A DNA stretch of 44,082 nucleotides, taken from Pseudomonadota bacterium (GTDB lineage: Bacteria; Pseudomonadota; Gammaproteobacteria; Burkholderiales; Burkholderiaceae_C). Each line of letters starts with the position of its first letter. Position 1 is the first letter of the stretch. The notes below the pieces were generated by a model. It saw only the letters and a program-made list of their open reading frames with translations, ran no database searches and was not told the DNA's origin. Positions 26,001-35,468 of the stretch are shown one piece after another. The stretch is from contig JAKANU010000001.1 in the NCBI GenBank assembly GCA_021812315.1, positions 1 to 44,082 on the forward strand, given 5' to 3'. A program made the position numbers and the translations under genes.

Positions 26001-27180
26001 GAGTACCTTGGCGGTGCGCGCCAGCGAGCTGACGTTTGGCGGGCGCAAGCTGCATAACGTGGTGGTCGGTGGTTCGCGCGAGGGCACGCTGTGGCGTGCC
26101 AATCTGGATGCCACAGAGCTCAATGGTTATCTGCAATATCGTCCTTCGCTCGATGCCAGTGCCGGGCGCGTGTACGCGCGTTTGTCGCGTTTGTTGATGG
26201 AGCCCAAGGCGGCCAGCGAGGTGGAGGCGCTGTTGAGCGAGCAACCGGCAAGCATTCCGGCACTTGATGTGGTGGTGGAGGATTTCGAGCTGCGCGGCAA
26301 GCGTCTGGGCCGGGTGGAAATCGAGGCGGTCAACCGTGGCGCGCTGGCCGAGTCGGCCGAGAGCGGTGCGCGCGAGTGGCGACTCAACAAGTTCAACATG
26401 ATCACGCCCGAAGCCACCCTGAGTGCGAGTGGCAACTGGGCCAAGCTTGATGCCCAGGCGGCACAGCCGGCGCGCGGCGCCGCCGAGCGTCGGCGCACGG
26501 CGCTGAAGTTCAGGCTCGAGATCGCCGACGCTGGTGAACTGCTCACGCGTCTGGGCATGAAAGGGGTGGTTCGGAAGGGTCGCGGCAAGATGGAGGGGCA
26601 ACTGGCCTGGCTGGGCTCGCCCTTGAGTCTGGATTACGCCTCGATGAGTGGCGCCTTTGCGGTGAACGTTGAAAACGGGCAATTTCTCAAGGCCGAACCG
26701 GGCATCGCCAAATTGCTTGGGGTGCTCAGCCTGCAGTCGCTGCCGCGACGCCTCACGCTGGATTTTCGTGACGTGTTCAGTGAAGGCTTTGCGTTTGATT
26801 TTCTGCGCGGCGATATCGGCATCGAGCAGGGAATTGCGCGTACCAACAACCTGCAGATGAAGGGCATCAATGCCGCGGTGCTGATGGAGGGGCAGGCCGA
26901 TATTGCCCAGGAAACGCAGGACATCAAGGTCGTGGTGGTGCCCGAGATCAACGCCGGAACGGCCTCGCTGATTGCCACCGTGATCAACCCGGCTGTGGGT
27001 TTGGGAACTTTTCTGGCGCAGTGGTTCTTGCGTCGGCCCCTGACGGAGGCGGCAACGCAGGAGTTTCATATTGACGGTGGCTGGGCCGAACCGAAGATCA
27101 CCAAGGTGGAGCGCAAGACGGCCTCCGGCGAGGCTGCAGCGCCCGGGGTGGCGGCACGCGCCAGCGAGGTGGCGCGTTGA
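23089..27180 (+). CDS. yhdP: YhdP / AsmA-like phospholipid transport protein
   Basis: N-terminal TM segment, about 1360 aa beta-rich. C-terminal LLGVLSLQSLPRRLTLDFRDVFSEGFAFD. Divergent from glnE. Confidence 0.92.
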   Translation: MPHASPVPSSKLHLLARLARWALGLTLAAWFIFAVTWAALHWLIVPRIGELRPWLEVRATRMLGVPVRIEAIAAKSSGMMPSFELTNIELFDAQGRAALRLPRVLAALSPRSILRLGFEQLYVDSPQLDIRRDKAGRILVAGFEVSGSAEAGPEASDWLFSQIEFAIHDGSVLWTDELRDAPPLALGGVELVLRNDLRGHKLRLDATPPPAWGERFSLRAIFAQPLLSRHSGRWQDWDGQMYAQFARVDLSELRRYADIGVSLQQGHGAMTAWVDIRRARVQGALADVALGAVSVTLGSGLRPLELQSVRGRLGVRALAAGFEFSTQALEFETREGLRWPGGNVNVRYLGAEGRVAASGEVKADRLDLAALSQIADRLPVDPALRTLLAAHMPRGLVEQIEARWQGPAQAPVSYDVRGLVRGLELAPASGLPGVAGARVEFDFNQSGGRASVDVADGRLALPEVFEEAQVPVAQLSSDVRWQILGERITLQMPNLKFSNADAQGQAQLKWETSDPAKSPAHARFPGVLDLQGTLSRANGTRVYRYLPLVVHKSVRDYVRDAVQAGSVSAARFKVRGDLHNMPFTDPKLGEFRIAADVQNASYAYVPRSLQPHEALPWPVLTQLSGELVFERAQMRVKDARSRIGTGANLQASHVQALIADLKEPVVTVEAQLGGPLGEALALVNGSPIGALSAHALARASAAGVAQYKLALTLPIAALEKSQVRGSVLLSGNELQMTPETPRLSRARGTVNFSESGFSIVGGQARMLGGDARIEGGSVATPGAASPLIRASGSVSAEGLRQARELGFVARLARGANGTAAYSAVLGFRRGEPELNVTSTLQGLALGLPAPLNKSAESSLPLRLETALVREPAAGAPGAALRLRDQFNLELGRVLSIAYLRDLSSGEPRVLRGSVGVGLNPQESAPMPEEGVAANINLNSFDIDAWSELLSQAARTPLGVVSANSTPLSYLPSTLAVRASELTFGGRKLHNVVVGGSREGTLWRANLDATELNGYLQYRPSLDASAGRVYARLSRLLMEPKAASEVEALLSEQPASIPALDVVVEDFELRGKRLGRVEIEAVNRGALAESAESGAREWRLNKFNMITPEATLSASGNWAKLDAQAAQPARGAAERRRTALKFRLEIADAGELLTRLGMKGVVRKGRGKMEGQLAWLGSPLSLDYASMSGAFAVNVENGQFLKAEPGIAKLLGVLSLQSLPRRLTLDFRDVFSEGFAFDFLRGDIGIEQGIARTNNLQMKGINAAVLMEGQADIAQETQDIKVVVVPEINAGTASLIATVINPAVGLGTFLAQWFLRRPLTEAATQEFHIDGGWAEPKITKVERKTASGEAAAPGVAARASEVAR

Positions 27181-27202
27181 TGGCGCGCCCGGGCATCGGA
27201 AC

Positions 27203-27331
27203 TCAGGGTTGCCCTGGCGGTTTGCGCGCGGTGGGCGGCTCGCCGCCCTTGCGGCCGCTAAACATGGTCCACCAGACGATCAGTGCCAGCAGCGCGAGTG
27301 CGCCGAGTGACTCAAGCAGGAGCCAGATCAT
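27203..27331 (-). CDS. Small single-pass membrane protein (42 aa)
   Basis: MIWLLLESLGALALLALIVWWTMFSGRKGG: one clean TM helix plus a basic/Pro tail. It fills the yhdP-mltA gap. Confidence 0.55.
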   Translation of the reverse strand: MIWLLLESLGALALLALIVWWTMFSGRKGGEPPTARKPPGQP

Positions 27332-28487
27332 GAAGTGGCTGGTGATTGGCGTGACGCATGGCGTCATTTTAGGGATGCTCGCGGCCTGCACCAGCGCGAG
27401 CGCGCCGACGCCGCAGATCGAGGTCCCGCTGGCGCAGACGCCGCCAGCGCCCCTGCCTGCCGTCGTGCCTGATGCGACCGTACTGCAACCCAGAAGCCGC
27501 TGGAGCGCCGTGCCCTGGGAACAGTTGCCGGGTTGGAATGAGGATCCTCTGCATGAGGCCTGGAATGCCTGGCTCCAAAGTTGCCAGCGCCCCAACACCG
27601 CACTGGCGGGCAGTTGTCCGCAGGTGCGCCGCTTGAGCGTGGGCAGCGATGAGGAGCGGCGTGCCTGGATGATGCAGCAATTTCAGCCGTACCGGGTCGA
27701 GGCGCTCGCCGATGGTGCCGCCGAGGGTTTGCTGACGGCCTATTTCGAGCCGGTGTTTGAGGCCTCGCGCCGCCCCAGTGCCAGGTTTTCCGTGCCACTG
27801 TACCGGCCGCCGGCGGACCTGGCGCAGCGCCGGCCCTGGTACTCGCGTCGGGAGATCGATACGCAGGCTTCGGTGCAGGCCTTGCTGAGGGGGCGGGAGA
27901 TCGCTTTTCTGGCGGACCCGGTGGACGCACTGATCCTGCAGATCCAGGGCTCCGGGCGGCTGCGCATCACCGAGCCGGAGGGCACGCAGCACATGGTGCG
28001 GGTGGCCTACGCGGGCTCGAACGAGCAGCCCTACGTGAGTGTTGGCAAGTGGCTGCTTGAGCAGGGCGCTGTGCGCGAGGCCTCCTGGCCGAGCATCAAG
28101 GCCTGGGTGGCACGCAACCCCGGGCGCGTCAACGAGATGCTTTGGAGCAATCCGCGCACTGTGTTCTTTCGTGAGGAGCCGCTGTCGGAACTGGACGCGG
28201 GCGCCGGCCCCCGAGGTGCGCAGGGCGTGGCGCTGACACCGGGTCGCTCGATCGCCGTGGACCCGCTGAGCATTCCGTACGGTACGCCGGTGTGGCTGGT
28301 CTCACAGGGTGCGGCGATTCAATTGCGCAAATTGGTGCTGGCTCAGGACACGGGCAGCGCCATCGTCGGGGCCGTGCGCGCCGACTACTTTGCCGGTTGG
28401 GATGCGGCGGCGGCTGAACTGGCCGGACGTCTGAAGCAGTCGCTGCAGTTGTGGGTCCTTTGGCCACGCCAGGACGGCCCACGTTAA
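27330..28487 (+). CDS. mltA: Membrane-bound lytic murein transglycosylase A
   Basis: Lipobox LAAC at residue 20, GLLTAYFEP, LQIQGSG, SIAVDP and AQDTGSAIVGAVRADYF (3D domain). Confidence 0.92.
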   Translation: MKWLVIGVTHGVILGMLAACTSASAPTPQIEVPLAQTPPAPLPAVVPDATVLQPRSRWSAVPWEQLPGWNEDPLHEAWNAWLQSCQRPNTALAGSCPQVRRLSVGSDEERRAWMMQQFQPYRVEALADGAAEGLLTAYFEPVFEASRRPSARFSVPLYRPPADLAQRRPWYSRREIDTQASVQALLRGREIAFLADPVDALILQIQGSGRLRITEPEGTQHMVRVAYAGSNEQPYVSVGKWLLEQGAVREASWPSIKAWVARNPGRVNEMLWSNPRTVFFREEPLSELDAGAGPRGAQGVALTPGRSIAVDPLSIPYGTPVWLVSQGAAIQLRKLVLAQDTGSAIVGAVRADYFAGWDAAAAELAGRLKQSLQLWVLWPRQDGPR

Positions 28488-28525
28488 TATCAAACTTCCG
28501 CGCCCGGCCAGGAGATCCTCGAACC

Positions 28526-31500
28526 ATGAACGCACCGCTGCCCCAACACGTCGCCCACGCCCTGGAGACTGTGACGCTGGATGACAAGTATGCGCTGGAG
28601 ACCGGCAGCGCTTTCATGAGCGGGGTGCAGGCGCTGGTCAGACTGCCGATCCTGCAACAGGTGCGGGACCAGCGCGCGGGCAAGAACACCGCAGGTTTCA
28701 TCAGCGGCTATCGTGGCTCGCCGCTGGGCGGCTACGATCAGGCGCTGGTGCGGGCCGAAAAGCACCTCAAGGCGCACAACATTGTGTTTCAGCCCGGCGT
28801 CAATGAAGAGTTGGCGGCGACCGCCTTGTGGGGCACGCAGCAGTTGGGATTTGCGCCCCCGGGCAGCAACCGCTTCGATGGTGTGTTCGGGATTTGGTAC
28901 GGGAAGGGGCCGGGCGTGGATCGCTGCGGTGACGTCTTCAAGCACGCGAACATGGCCGGTACCACGCCTTGGGGTGGCGTGATCGCCGTTGCCGGCGATG
29001 ACCATATGTCGAAAAGCTCGACCGCAGCGCATCAAAGCGATCACATTTTCAAGGCCTGCGGCACGCCGGTGTTCTTCCCGGCGAGCGTGCAGGAGATTCT
29101 CGATCTGGGCCTGCACGCGTGGGCCATGAGCCGCTTTTCCGGGGTCTGGGCGGGCATGAAGACAATCCAGGAAATTGTCGAGTCCAGCGCCGCAGTTTCG
29201 CTGGACCCGCATCGGGTGCAGATCAAGGTGCCGACGGACTTTCAGTTGCCAAGCGGGGGCCTGCACATCCGCTGGCCCGACCAGCCGCTGGAGCAGGAGG
29301 CGCGGCTGTTTCATTACAAGTGGTACGCCGCGCTGGCCTATCTTCGGGCGAATCGGCTGAACTACAACGTGATCGAAAGCGCCGACGATCGGCTGGGCCT
29401 GATTGCGAGCGGCAAGGCGTACAACGATACACGCCAGGCGCTGATGGACTTGGGTCTGGACGAGGCGGCTTGCAAGCGTGCCGGAATTCGCCTGCACAAG
29501 GTCGGCGTGGTCTGGCCTCTGGAGGCGCAGACGACGCGCGAATTTGCCACCGGGCTGCAGGAGATTCTGGTGATCGAGGAAAAGCGCCAGATCATCGAGT
29601 ACCAGATCAAGGAGGAACTCTACAACTGGCGCGCCGATGTGCGTCCAAACGTGCTTGGCAAGTTCAACGAGGGCAGCGATGCGCTGGGCGGTGGCGAGTG
29701 GTCGATGGCGAATCCGACCGCGAATACCTTGCTGCGTGCGAATGCCGATCTGTCGCCGGCGATCATCGCGCGCGCCATCGCGCAGCGCCTGAAAAAACTC
29801 GGCGTGCCGGCCGATCTGCAGGTGCGTATCGACGCGCAACTGGCGCTGCTGCAGGCCAAGGAGCATGCCATGCAGACCATCAGCGTGCAGGCGGAGCGCC
29901 AGCCGTGGTTCTGCTCGGGCTGCCCCCACAACACCTCGACGCGCGTGCCCGAGGGTTCACGGGCCATGGCCGGCATCGGCTGCCATTTCATGAGTGTGTG
30001 GATGGACCGCGCCACAGTGGGTTTCACGCAGATGGGCGGCGAGGGCGTGCCCTGGGTCGGCCAGCAACCCTTCAGCACGCAGCGGCACATGTTCGCGAAT
30101 CTGGGTGATGGCACCTACTTTCACAGCGGCTTGCTGGCGGTGCGCCAGAGCATCGCCGCCGGGGTCAACATCACCTACAAGATTCTTTACAACGACGCGG
30201 TGGCCATGACCGGCGGTCAGCAGGTCGGCGAGCGCGCGCAGGGCCATTCGGTGGCGCAGATTGCGCAAAGCGTGCAGGCCGAAGGGGCACAAGAGGTGGT
30301 GGTGGTGACCGACGACCCGCAGAAGTACGCCGGGGTGAGGCTGGTGGCTGGCGTGAGCGTGCACCCGCGCGAGGAACTCGATGCGATCCAGCGCGAATTG
30401 CGCAATATCGAGGGCACCACTGTCATCATCTACGACCAGACCTGCGCGACCGAGAAGCGGCGCCGGCGCAAACGCGGCATGCTGGCCGACCCGGCGCGGC
30501 GGGTGTTCATCAACGAACTGGTCTGCGAGGGTTGCGGCGATTGTGGTGTGCAGTCGAATTGTCTGAGTGTCGAGCCAGTGGAGACCGAGTTCGGGCGCAA
30601 GCGGCGCATCAACCAGAGTACCTGCAACAAAGATTTCTCCTGCATCAAGGGCTTCTGCCCGAGTTTCGTGACCGTTGAAGGTGGTCAGGTGCGCAAGAAG
30701 GTCGGCCCGGCACCGGTCAAGGCAGAGTTCAGTTCGGTCTTGCCCGAGCCCGATCCGGTCTCCAGCCAGGAGGCTCCTGGCGGTGTCTGGGGGATCGTGG
30801 TTGCCGGGGTCGGCGGTACCGGTGTCATCACCATTGGGCAGTTGCTTGGTGTCGCGGCGCATCTCGAGGGTCAGGGCATCGTGACCCAGGATGCCGGTGG
30901 CCTGGCGCAAAAAGGTGGCGCGACCTGGAGCCATGTGCTGATCGCCGCGAAGCAGGAAATGATCAGCACCAGCCGCGTCAGCATGGCCGCGGCCGACCTG
31001 ATCATTGGTTGCGATCCGGTGGTCACTGCCAGCCGCGAGACGGTGCTGCGCATGTGTCAGGGGCGCACGCGGGTGGCAATCAATTCGCAGGGCACGCCAA
31101 CGGCTGCTTCGGTGGCCAACCTCAACTGGCGCGATGCCTCGCAGGCCTGTGTCGATGCGGTGGCCGCTGCCGTGGGAGCCGGCGCCGTGGGCGCCTTCAA
31201 CGCCGACCGTGCGGCCACGCTGCTGATGGGCGACAGCATTTACACGAACCCGATGCTGCTGGGCTATGCCTGGCAAAAGGGCTGGATTCCGCTGCAGAAG
31301 GCATCGCTGATTCGCGCCATCGAGCTGAATGCCGTCGCCGTGGAGCAAAACAAGGCTGCTTTTGAACTGGGCCGGCGCGCCGCGCACGAGCCGCAGGCGA
31401 TCGAACGTGCCTGCGCGGCCGACAAGGTGGTGAGGCTGGGCCGGCGCACCGGCCTGGAGGATCTGATCGCCAGGCGGGTTGAGTTCCTGAGCGGCTATCA

Positions 31501-32122
31501 GGACGCGGCGTACGCGCAGTGTTATCAGGCCTTTGTGCAACGGGTCAGGGACGTGGAACAGGGCTGGGGCAAGCAGGATCTTGCGTTGACCGAGGCCGTG
31601 GCTCGCAATCTGTTCAAGCTGATGGCGTACAAGGACGAGTATGAGGTGGCACGCCTGCACACGGACCCGGCCTTTCTGGCGAGGATCGACGCGATGTTCG
31701 AAGGGGAGTACCGGCTGGTCCACCACCTCGCACCGCCGCTGCTGGCCAAGAAAGACGCGCAGGGACACTTGCAAAAGCGTCCCTATGGACCGGCGGTGCG
31801 GATCGCCTTTCGGGTGCTTGCCAGACTAAAAGGTTTGCGCGGCGGCTGGCTCGACATTTTCGGCAAGACCGCCGAGCGGCGTCAGGAGCGGGCGCTGATT
31901 GTCGAATATCGCGCCGGCGTAGAGGAGATTCTTGGTGTCCTCGGTCATGGCCAGGGCGGCGACGCCGCGGGCTATGCCTGCGCCCTGGAACTGGCACGCA
32001 GCCCCGAGCAGATTCGCGGCTTTGGACACATCAAGGAGCGCAACGTGGCCTTGTTCCGGTCACAGTGGAGCGCGCAAATGGCGCGGTTTCACAGCCCCGA
32101 ACGGGTTCAAAAGGTGGCGTGA
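28526..32122 (+). CDS. Indolepyruvate ferredoxin oxidoreductase family protein (fused alpha/beta)
   Basis: GFISGYRGSPLGG, FCSGCPHN, GDGTYFHSG (TPP-binding), CEGCGDC (Fe-S), GVGGTGV and IRGFGHIK. Confidence 0.93.
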   Translation: MNAPLPQHVAHALETVTLDDKYALETGSAFMSGVQALVRLPILQQVRDQRAGKNTAGFISGYRGSPLGGYDQALVRAEKHLKAHNIVFQPGVNEELAATALWGTQQLGFAPPGSNRFDGVFGIWYGKGPGVDRCGDVFKHANMAGTTPWGGVIAVAGDDHMSKSSTAAHQSDHIFKACGTPVFFPASVQEILDLGLHAWAMSRFSGVWAGMKTIQEIVESSAAVSLDPHRVQIKVPTDFQLPSGGLHIRWPDQPLEQEARLFHYKWYAALAYLRANRLNYNVIESADDRLGLIASGKAYNDTRQALMDLGLDEAACKRAGIRLHKVGVVWPLEAQTTREFATGLQEILVIEEKRQIIEYQIKEELYNWRADVRPNVLGKFNEGSDALGGGEWSMANPTANTLLRANADLSPAIIARAIAQRLKKLGVPADLQVRIDAQLALLQAKEHAMQTISVQAERQPWFCSGCPHNTSTRVPEGSRAMAGIGCHFMSVWMDRATVGFTQMGGEGVPWVGQQPFSTQRHMFANLGDGTYFHSGLLAVRQSIAAGVNITYKILYNDAVAMTGGQQVGERAQGHSVAQIAQSVQAEGAQEVVVVTDDPQKYAGVRLVAGVSVHPREELDAIQRELRNIEGTTVIIYDQTCATEKRRRRKRGMLADPARRVFINELVCEGCGDCGVQSNCLSVEPVETEFGRKRRINQSTCNKDFSCIKGFCPSFVTVEGGQVRKKVGPAPVKAEFSSVLPEPDPVSSQEAPGGVWGIVVAGVGGTGVITIGQLLGVAAHLEGQGIVTQDAGGLAQKGGATWSHVLIAAKQEMISTSRVSMAAADLIIGCDPVVTASRETVLRMCQGRTRVAINSQGTPTAASVANLNWRDASQACVDAVAAAVGAGAVGAFNADRAATLLMGDSIYTNPMLLGYAWQKGWIPLQKASLIRAIELNAVAVEQNKAAFELGRRAAHEPQAIERACAADKVVRLGRRTGLEDLIARRVEFLSGYQDAAYAQCYQAFVQRVRDVEQGWGKQDLALTEAVARNLFKLMAYKDEYEVARLHTDPAFLARIDAMFEGEYRLVHHLAPPLLAKKDAQGHLQKRPYGPAVRIAFRVLARLKGLRGGWLDIFGKTAERRQERALIVEYRAGVEEILGVLGHGQGGDAAGYACALELARSPEQIRGFGHIKERNVALFRSQWSAQMARFHSPERVQKVA

Positions 32123-32240
32123 TGCCACGAATGGGGTTTTTGCGGGGCCGCATACAATAACCGGCTGCCGGTTTACTGGCGTGAGCGGGGGCGGCCCCCG
32201 CCTGTGACGACGCCTGCGGTTCAACCCTCTGGAGTGTATT

Positions 32241-32573
32241 GTGTTCATTTCTTCTGCTTTCGCCCAAACCGCCCCCGCTGCAACCGCTGGTGGGGACCTG
32301 CAGTCCACGCTCACAAGCATGTTGCCACTGGTGTTGATGTTCGTGGTGCTGTATTTTGTGATGATCCGGCCACAAATGAAAAAGCAAAAGGAGCACCGCG
32401 CCATGATCGACGCGCTGGCCAAGGGCGACGAGGTCGCCACAGTGGGGGGCGTGTTGGGCAAGGTGGTCAAGCTCGACGAGGCTTACATCAAGCTCGAGAT
32501 TGCCAGCGGCGTTGAAGTCCAACTGCAGCGCTCGGCGGTGGTGCAGGTGTTGCCGCGGGGAAGCCTGAAGTAG
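32241..32573 (+). CDS. yajC: Preprotein translocase subunit YajC
   Basis: YFVMIRPQMKKQKEH..LAKGDEVATVGG. GGAG RBS. Precedes secD. Confidence 0.95.
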   Translation: MFISSAFAQTAPAATAGGDLQSTLTSMLPLVLMFVVLYFVMIRPQMKKQKEHRAMIDALAKGDEVATVGGVLGKVVKLDEAYIKLEIASGVEVQLQRSAVVQVLPRGSLK

Positions 32574-32607
32574 TGCTGGCATTGATCATTCCAACAGAAG
32601 AGCGTTC

Positions 32608-34488
32608 ATGAATCGGTACCCGATGTGGAAATACGCGATCATTGTGGTCGCGCTGGTGGTGGGCTTCTTGTACACGCTGCCGAACTTTTTTGGCGAAGCA
32701 CCGGCGGTCCAGGTGTCTTCGGCCAAGGTGACCTTCAAGGTTGACGCCGGCACACGTCAGCGTGTCGAGGAAGCCCTCAAGGCGGCAGGCATCGAACCCG
32801 ATCTTGTGAGCCTCGATGGCGGCTCGGTGCGGGCGCGTTTTGCCAGTACCGACACGCAGCTCAAAGCCAAGGACGCGATCCAAAAGGCGCTGATCCCCGA
32901 TGCCGCCAACGCAGGGTACATCGTGGCACTGAATTTGCTGTCACGCTCACCGGGCTGGTTGACCGCATTGCATGCGTTTCCGATGTATCTCGGGCTGGAT
33001 TTGCGCGGTGGCGTGCACTTCATGCTGCAGGTCGACATGCAGGCGGCCCTGGCCAAGAAGGCCGAGTCGCTGGCCGGCGATATTCGCACCTCCTTGCGCG
33101 AGAAGAATGTCCGCCATAGCGGCATCAGCCGCAATGGCCAGACCATTGAAATCCGGTTTAGGGACATGGCCACGTTGAACGCGGGCAAGGCGCTGGTCGC
33201 CGATCTGTTTGCCGACCTGCAAACGGTTGAGGCAACGGACGGGGCTGAATTCAAGTTGACGGCGAGTATCAAGCCTGAGGCCGCGCGGCGGGTGCAGGAG
33301 CAGTCGCTCAAGCAGAACATCACCACCTTGCACAACCGGATCAACGAGTTGGGTGTGGCCGAACCGGTGATCCAGCAGCAGGGGCTCGATCGCATTGTGG
33401 TGCAGTTGCCGGGGGTGCAGGACACCGCCAAGGCGAAAGACATCCTGGGGCGTACCGCGACCCTGGAAGTGCGCATGGTCGACGAGAGCACGGAAGCGCG
33501 CAACGCCGAGGGCGGCGTGGCTGCCGTGCCGTTTGGTTCGGAGCGCTATCTGGAGCGCAACGGGCAGACGGTGATCGTCAAGAAGCAGGTGATCCTGACG
33601 GGGGAAAATCTGACCGACGCCCAGCCTGGCTTTGATAACCAGACCCAGGAGGCGGTCGTAAATCTGACGCTGGACGCCAAAGGTGCCCGGATTTTCCGTG
33701 ACATCACCCGGGAAAACGTCGGCAAGCGCATGGCTATCCTGCTGTTCGAAAAGGGCAAGGGCGAGGTCGTCACGGCACCGGTCATTCGCTCGGAGATCGG
33801 TGGCGGGCGGGTGCAGATTTCCGGGCGCATGACTTCGGTTGAGGCCAACGATACGGCTTTGTTGCTGCGGGCCGGTTCGCTGGCGGCGCCGATGGAGATC
33901 ATTGAGGAGACCACCATCGGTCCGAGCCTGGGTGCGGAGAACATCACCAAGGGCTTCCACAGCGTAGCCTGGGGTTTTGCCGCGGTGGCCGTGTTCATGT
34001 GTGTGTATTACGTTTTGTTCGGCATGTTTTCCAGCGTCTCGCTAGCCGTCAACCTGTTGTTGCTGGTGGCGATCCTCTCGATGCTGCAGGCGACACTGAC
34101 GCTGCCGGGCATGGCCGCCATGGCGCTGGTTCTAGGTATGGCGATTGACTCCAACGTGCTGATCAACGAGCGGGTGCGCGAAGAGCTGCGCAACGGCGCC
34201 TCGGCGCAAGCCGCCATTCACGCGGGCTACGACCGCGCCTGGGCGACCATCCTGGATTCCAATGTCACCACGCTGATCGCCGGTCTGGCCTTGCTGGCCT
34301 TTGGCTCGGGGCCGGTGCGCGGCTTTGCCGTGGTGCATGTGCTGGGGATTCTGACAAGCATGTTTTCCGGTGTATTTTTCTCACGCGGACTGGTCAACTT
34401 GTGGTACGGTAGGAAAAACAGGCTAAAAAGCGTGTCCATTGGTACCGTTTGGCGCCCGGAGCCGGATGCCAAGGTGAGTTCGCAATAG
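32608..34488 (+). CDS. secD: Protein translocase subunit SecD
   Basis: LGLDLRGGVHF, RINELGVAEP, IGPSLG and GMAIDSNVLINERVREE. Confidence 0.97.
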   Translation: MNRYPMWKYAIIVVALVVGFLYTLPNFFGEAPAVQVSSAKVTFKVDAGTRQRVEEALKAAGIEPDLVSLDGGSVRARFASTDTQLKAKDAIQKALIPDAANAGYIVALNLLSRSPGWLTALHAFPMYLGLDLRGGVHFMLQVDMQAALAKKAESLAGDIRTSLREKNVRHSGISRNGQTIEIRFRDMATLNAGKALVADLFADLQTVEATDGAEFKLTASIKPEAARRVQEQSLKQNITTLHNRINELGVAEPVIQQQGLDRIVVQLPGVQDTAKAKDILGRTATLEVRMVDESTEARNAEGGVAAVPFGSERYLERNGQTVIVKKQVILTGENLTDAQPGFDNQTQEAVVNLTLDAKGARIFRDITRENVGKRMAILLFEKGKGEVVTAPVIRSEIGGGRVQISGRMTSVEANDTALLLRAGSLAAPMEIIEETTIGPSLGAENITKGFHSVAWGFAAVAVFMCVYYVLFGMFSSVSLAVNLLLLVAILSMLQATLTLPGMAAMALVLGMAIDSNVLINERVREELRNGASAQAAIHAGYDRAWATILDSNVTTLIAGLALLAFGSGPVRGFAVVHVLGILTSMFSGVFFSRGLVNLWYGRKNRLKSVSIGTVWRPEPDAKVSSQ

Positions 34489-34500
34489 GGAGTTGCCGCC

Positions 34501-35454
34501 ATGGAATTTTTCAAGATCCGACGCGACATACCGTTCATGCGGCATGCGATCGTCTTTAACCTGATCTCGGGGGTCACGTTTTTGGCGGCGGTCTTCTTTC
34601 TGTTCTCTCGCGGCCTGCATTTGTCGGTTGAGTTCACTGGCGGCACGCTGATGGAAGTCAGTTACGCGCAGGCGGCCGATGTGGCGGCAGTGCGCGGTGC
34701 CGTGGCCAAACTGGGGCTCGAAGACGTTCAGGTACAAAACTTCGGCACCGTGCGCGATGTACTGATTCGCCTGCCGGTGCAAAAAGGTGTGAGTTCGGCA
34801 CAGCAAAGCGAGCAGGTGATGACGGTGCTCAAGGCGGCGGATGGCTCGGCGGTGATGCGCCGCACCGAGTTCGTCGGACCGCAGGTGGGCGATGAACTCG
34901 CCACTGACGGCCTGAAGGCCCTGGGCTCGGTGGTCATTGGCATCATGCTGTATCTGGCGATGCGCTTTGAGTGGAAGTTTGCTGTGGCGGCGATCATTGC
35001 CAACTTGCACGACGTCATCATCATTCTTGGATTCTTTGCCTTCTTCCAGTGGGAGTTCTCGCTGCCGGTGCTCGCGGCGGTGCTTGCCGTGCTGGGTTAT
35101 TCGGTCAACGAATCGGTGGTCATCTTTGATCGGATTCGGGAGAACTTCCGCCGCTATCGCAAGATGAATACGATGCAGATCATCGACAGCTCGATCACAT
35201 CCACCATCAGCCGGACCATCATCACCCACGGGTGCACGCAGTTGATGGTGCTGTCCATGCTCCTGTTTGGCGGTGCGACGCTTCACTACTTCGCGTTGGC
35301 GTTGACGATCGGGATTTTGTTTGGTATTTATTCCTCAGTCTTTGTGGCTGCTGCGATTGCCATGTGGCTCGGCATCCAGCGCGAGGATCTGGTCAAGGGC
35401 GGCGCCAGGAAGGAAGTCGACCCGAATGATCCGAACGCCGGCGCGACGGTCTGA
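34501..35454 (+). CDS. secF: Protein translocase subunit SecF
   Basis: SVEFTGGT, VGPQVG and GYSVNESVVIFDRIRE. Confidence 0.97.
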   Translation: MEFFKIRRDIPFMRHAIVFNLISGVTFLAAVFFLFSRGLHLSVEFTGGTLMEVSYAQAADVAAVRGAVAKLGLEDVQVQNFGTVRDVLIRLPVQKGVSSAQQSEQVMTVLKAADGSAVMRRTEFVGPQVGDELATDGLKALGSVVIGIMLYLAMRFEWKFAVAAIIANLHDVIIILGFFAFFQWEFSLPVLAAVLAVLGYSVNESVVIFDRIRENFRRYRKMNTMQIIDSSITSTISRTIITHGCTQLMVLSMLLFGGATLHYFALALTIGILFGIYSSVFVAAAIAMWLGIQREDLVKGGARKEVDPNDPNAGATV

Positions 35455-35468
35455 GGACCCCTTCAGCC

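Noticed and set aside
32185-32201. GC hairpin GCGGGGG-CGG-CCCCCGC before yajC as a terminator
   Set aside because: There is no U-tract on either strand, so its function cannot be supported.
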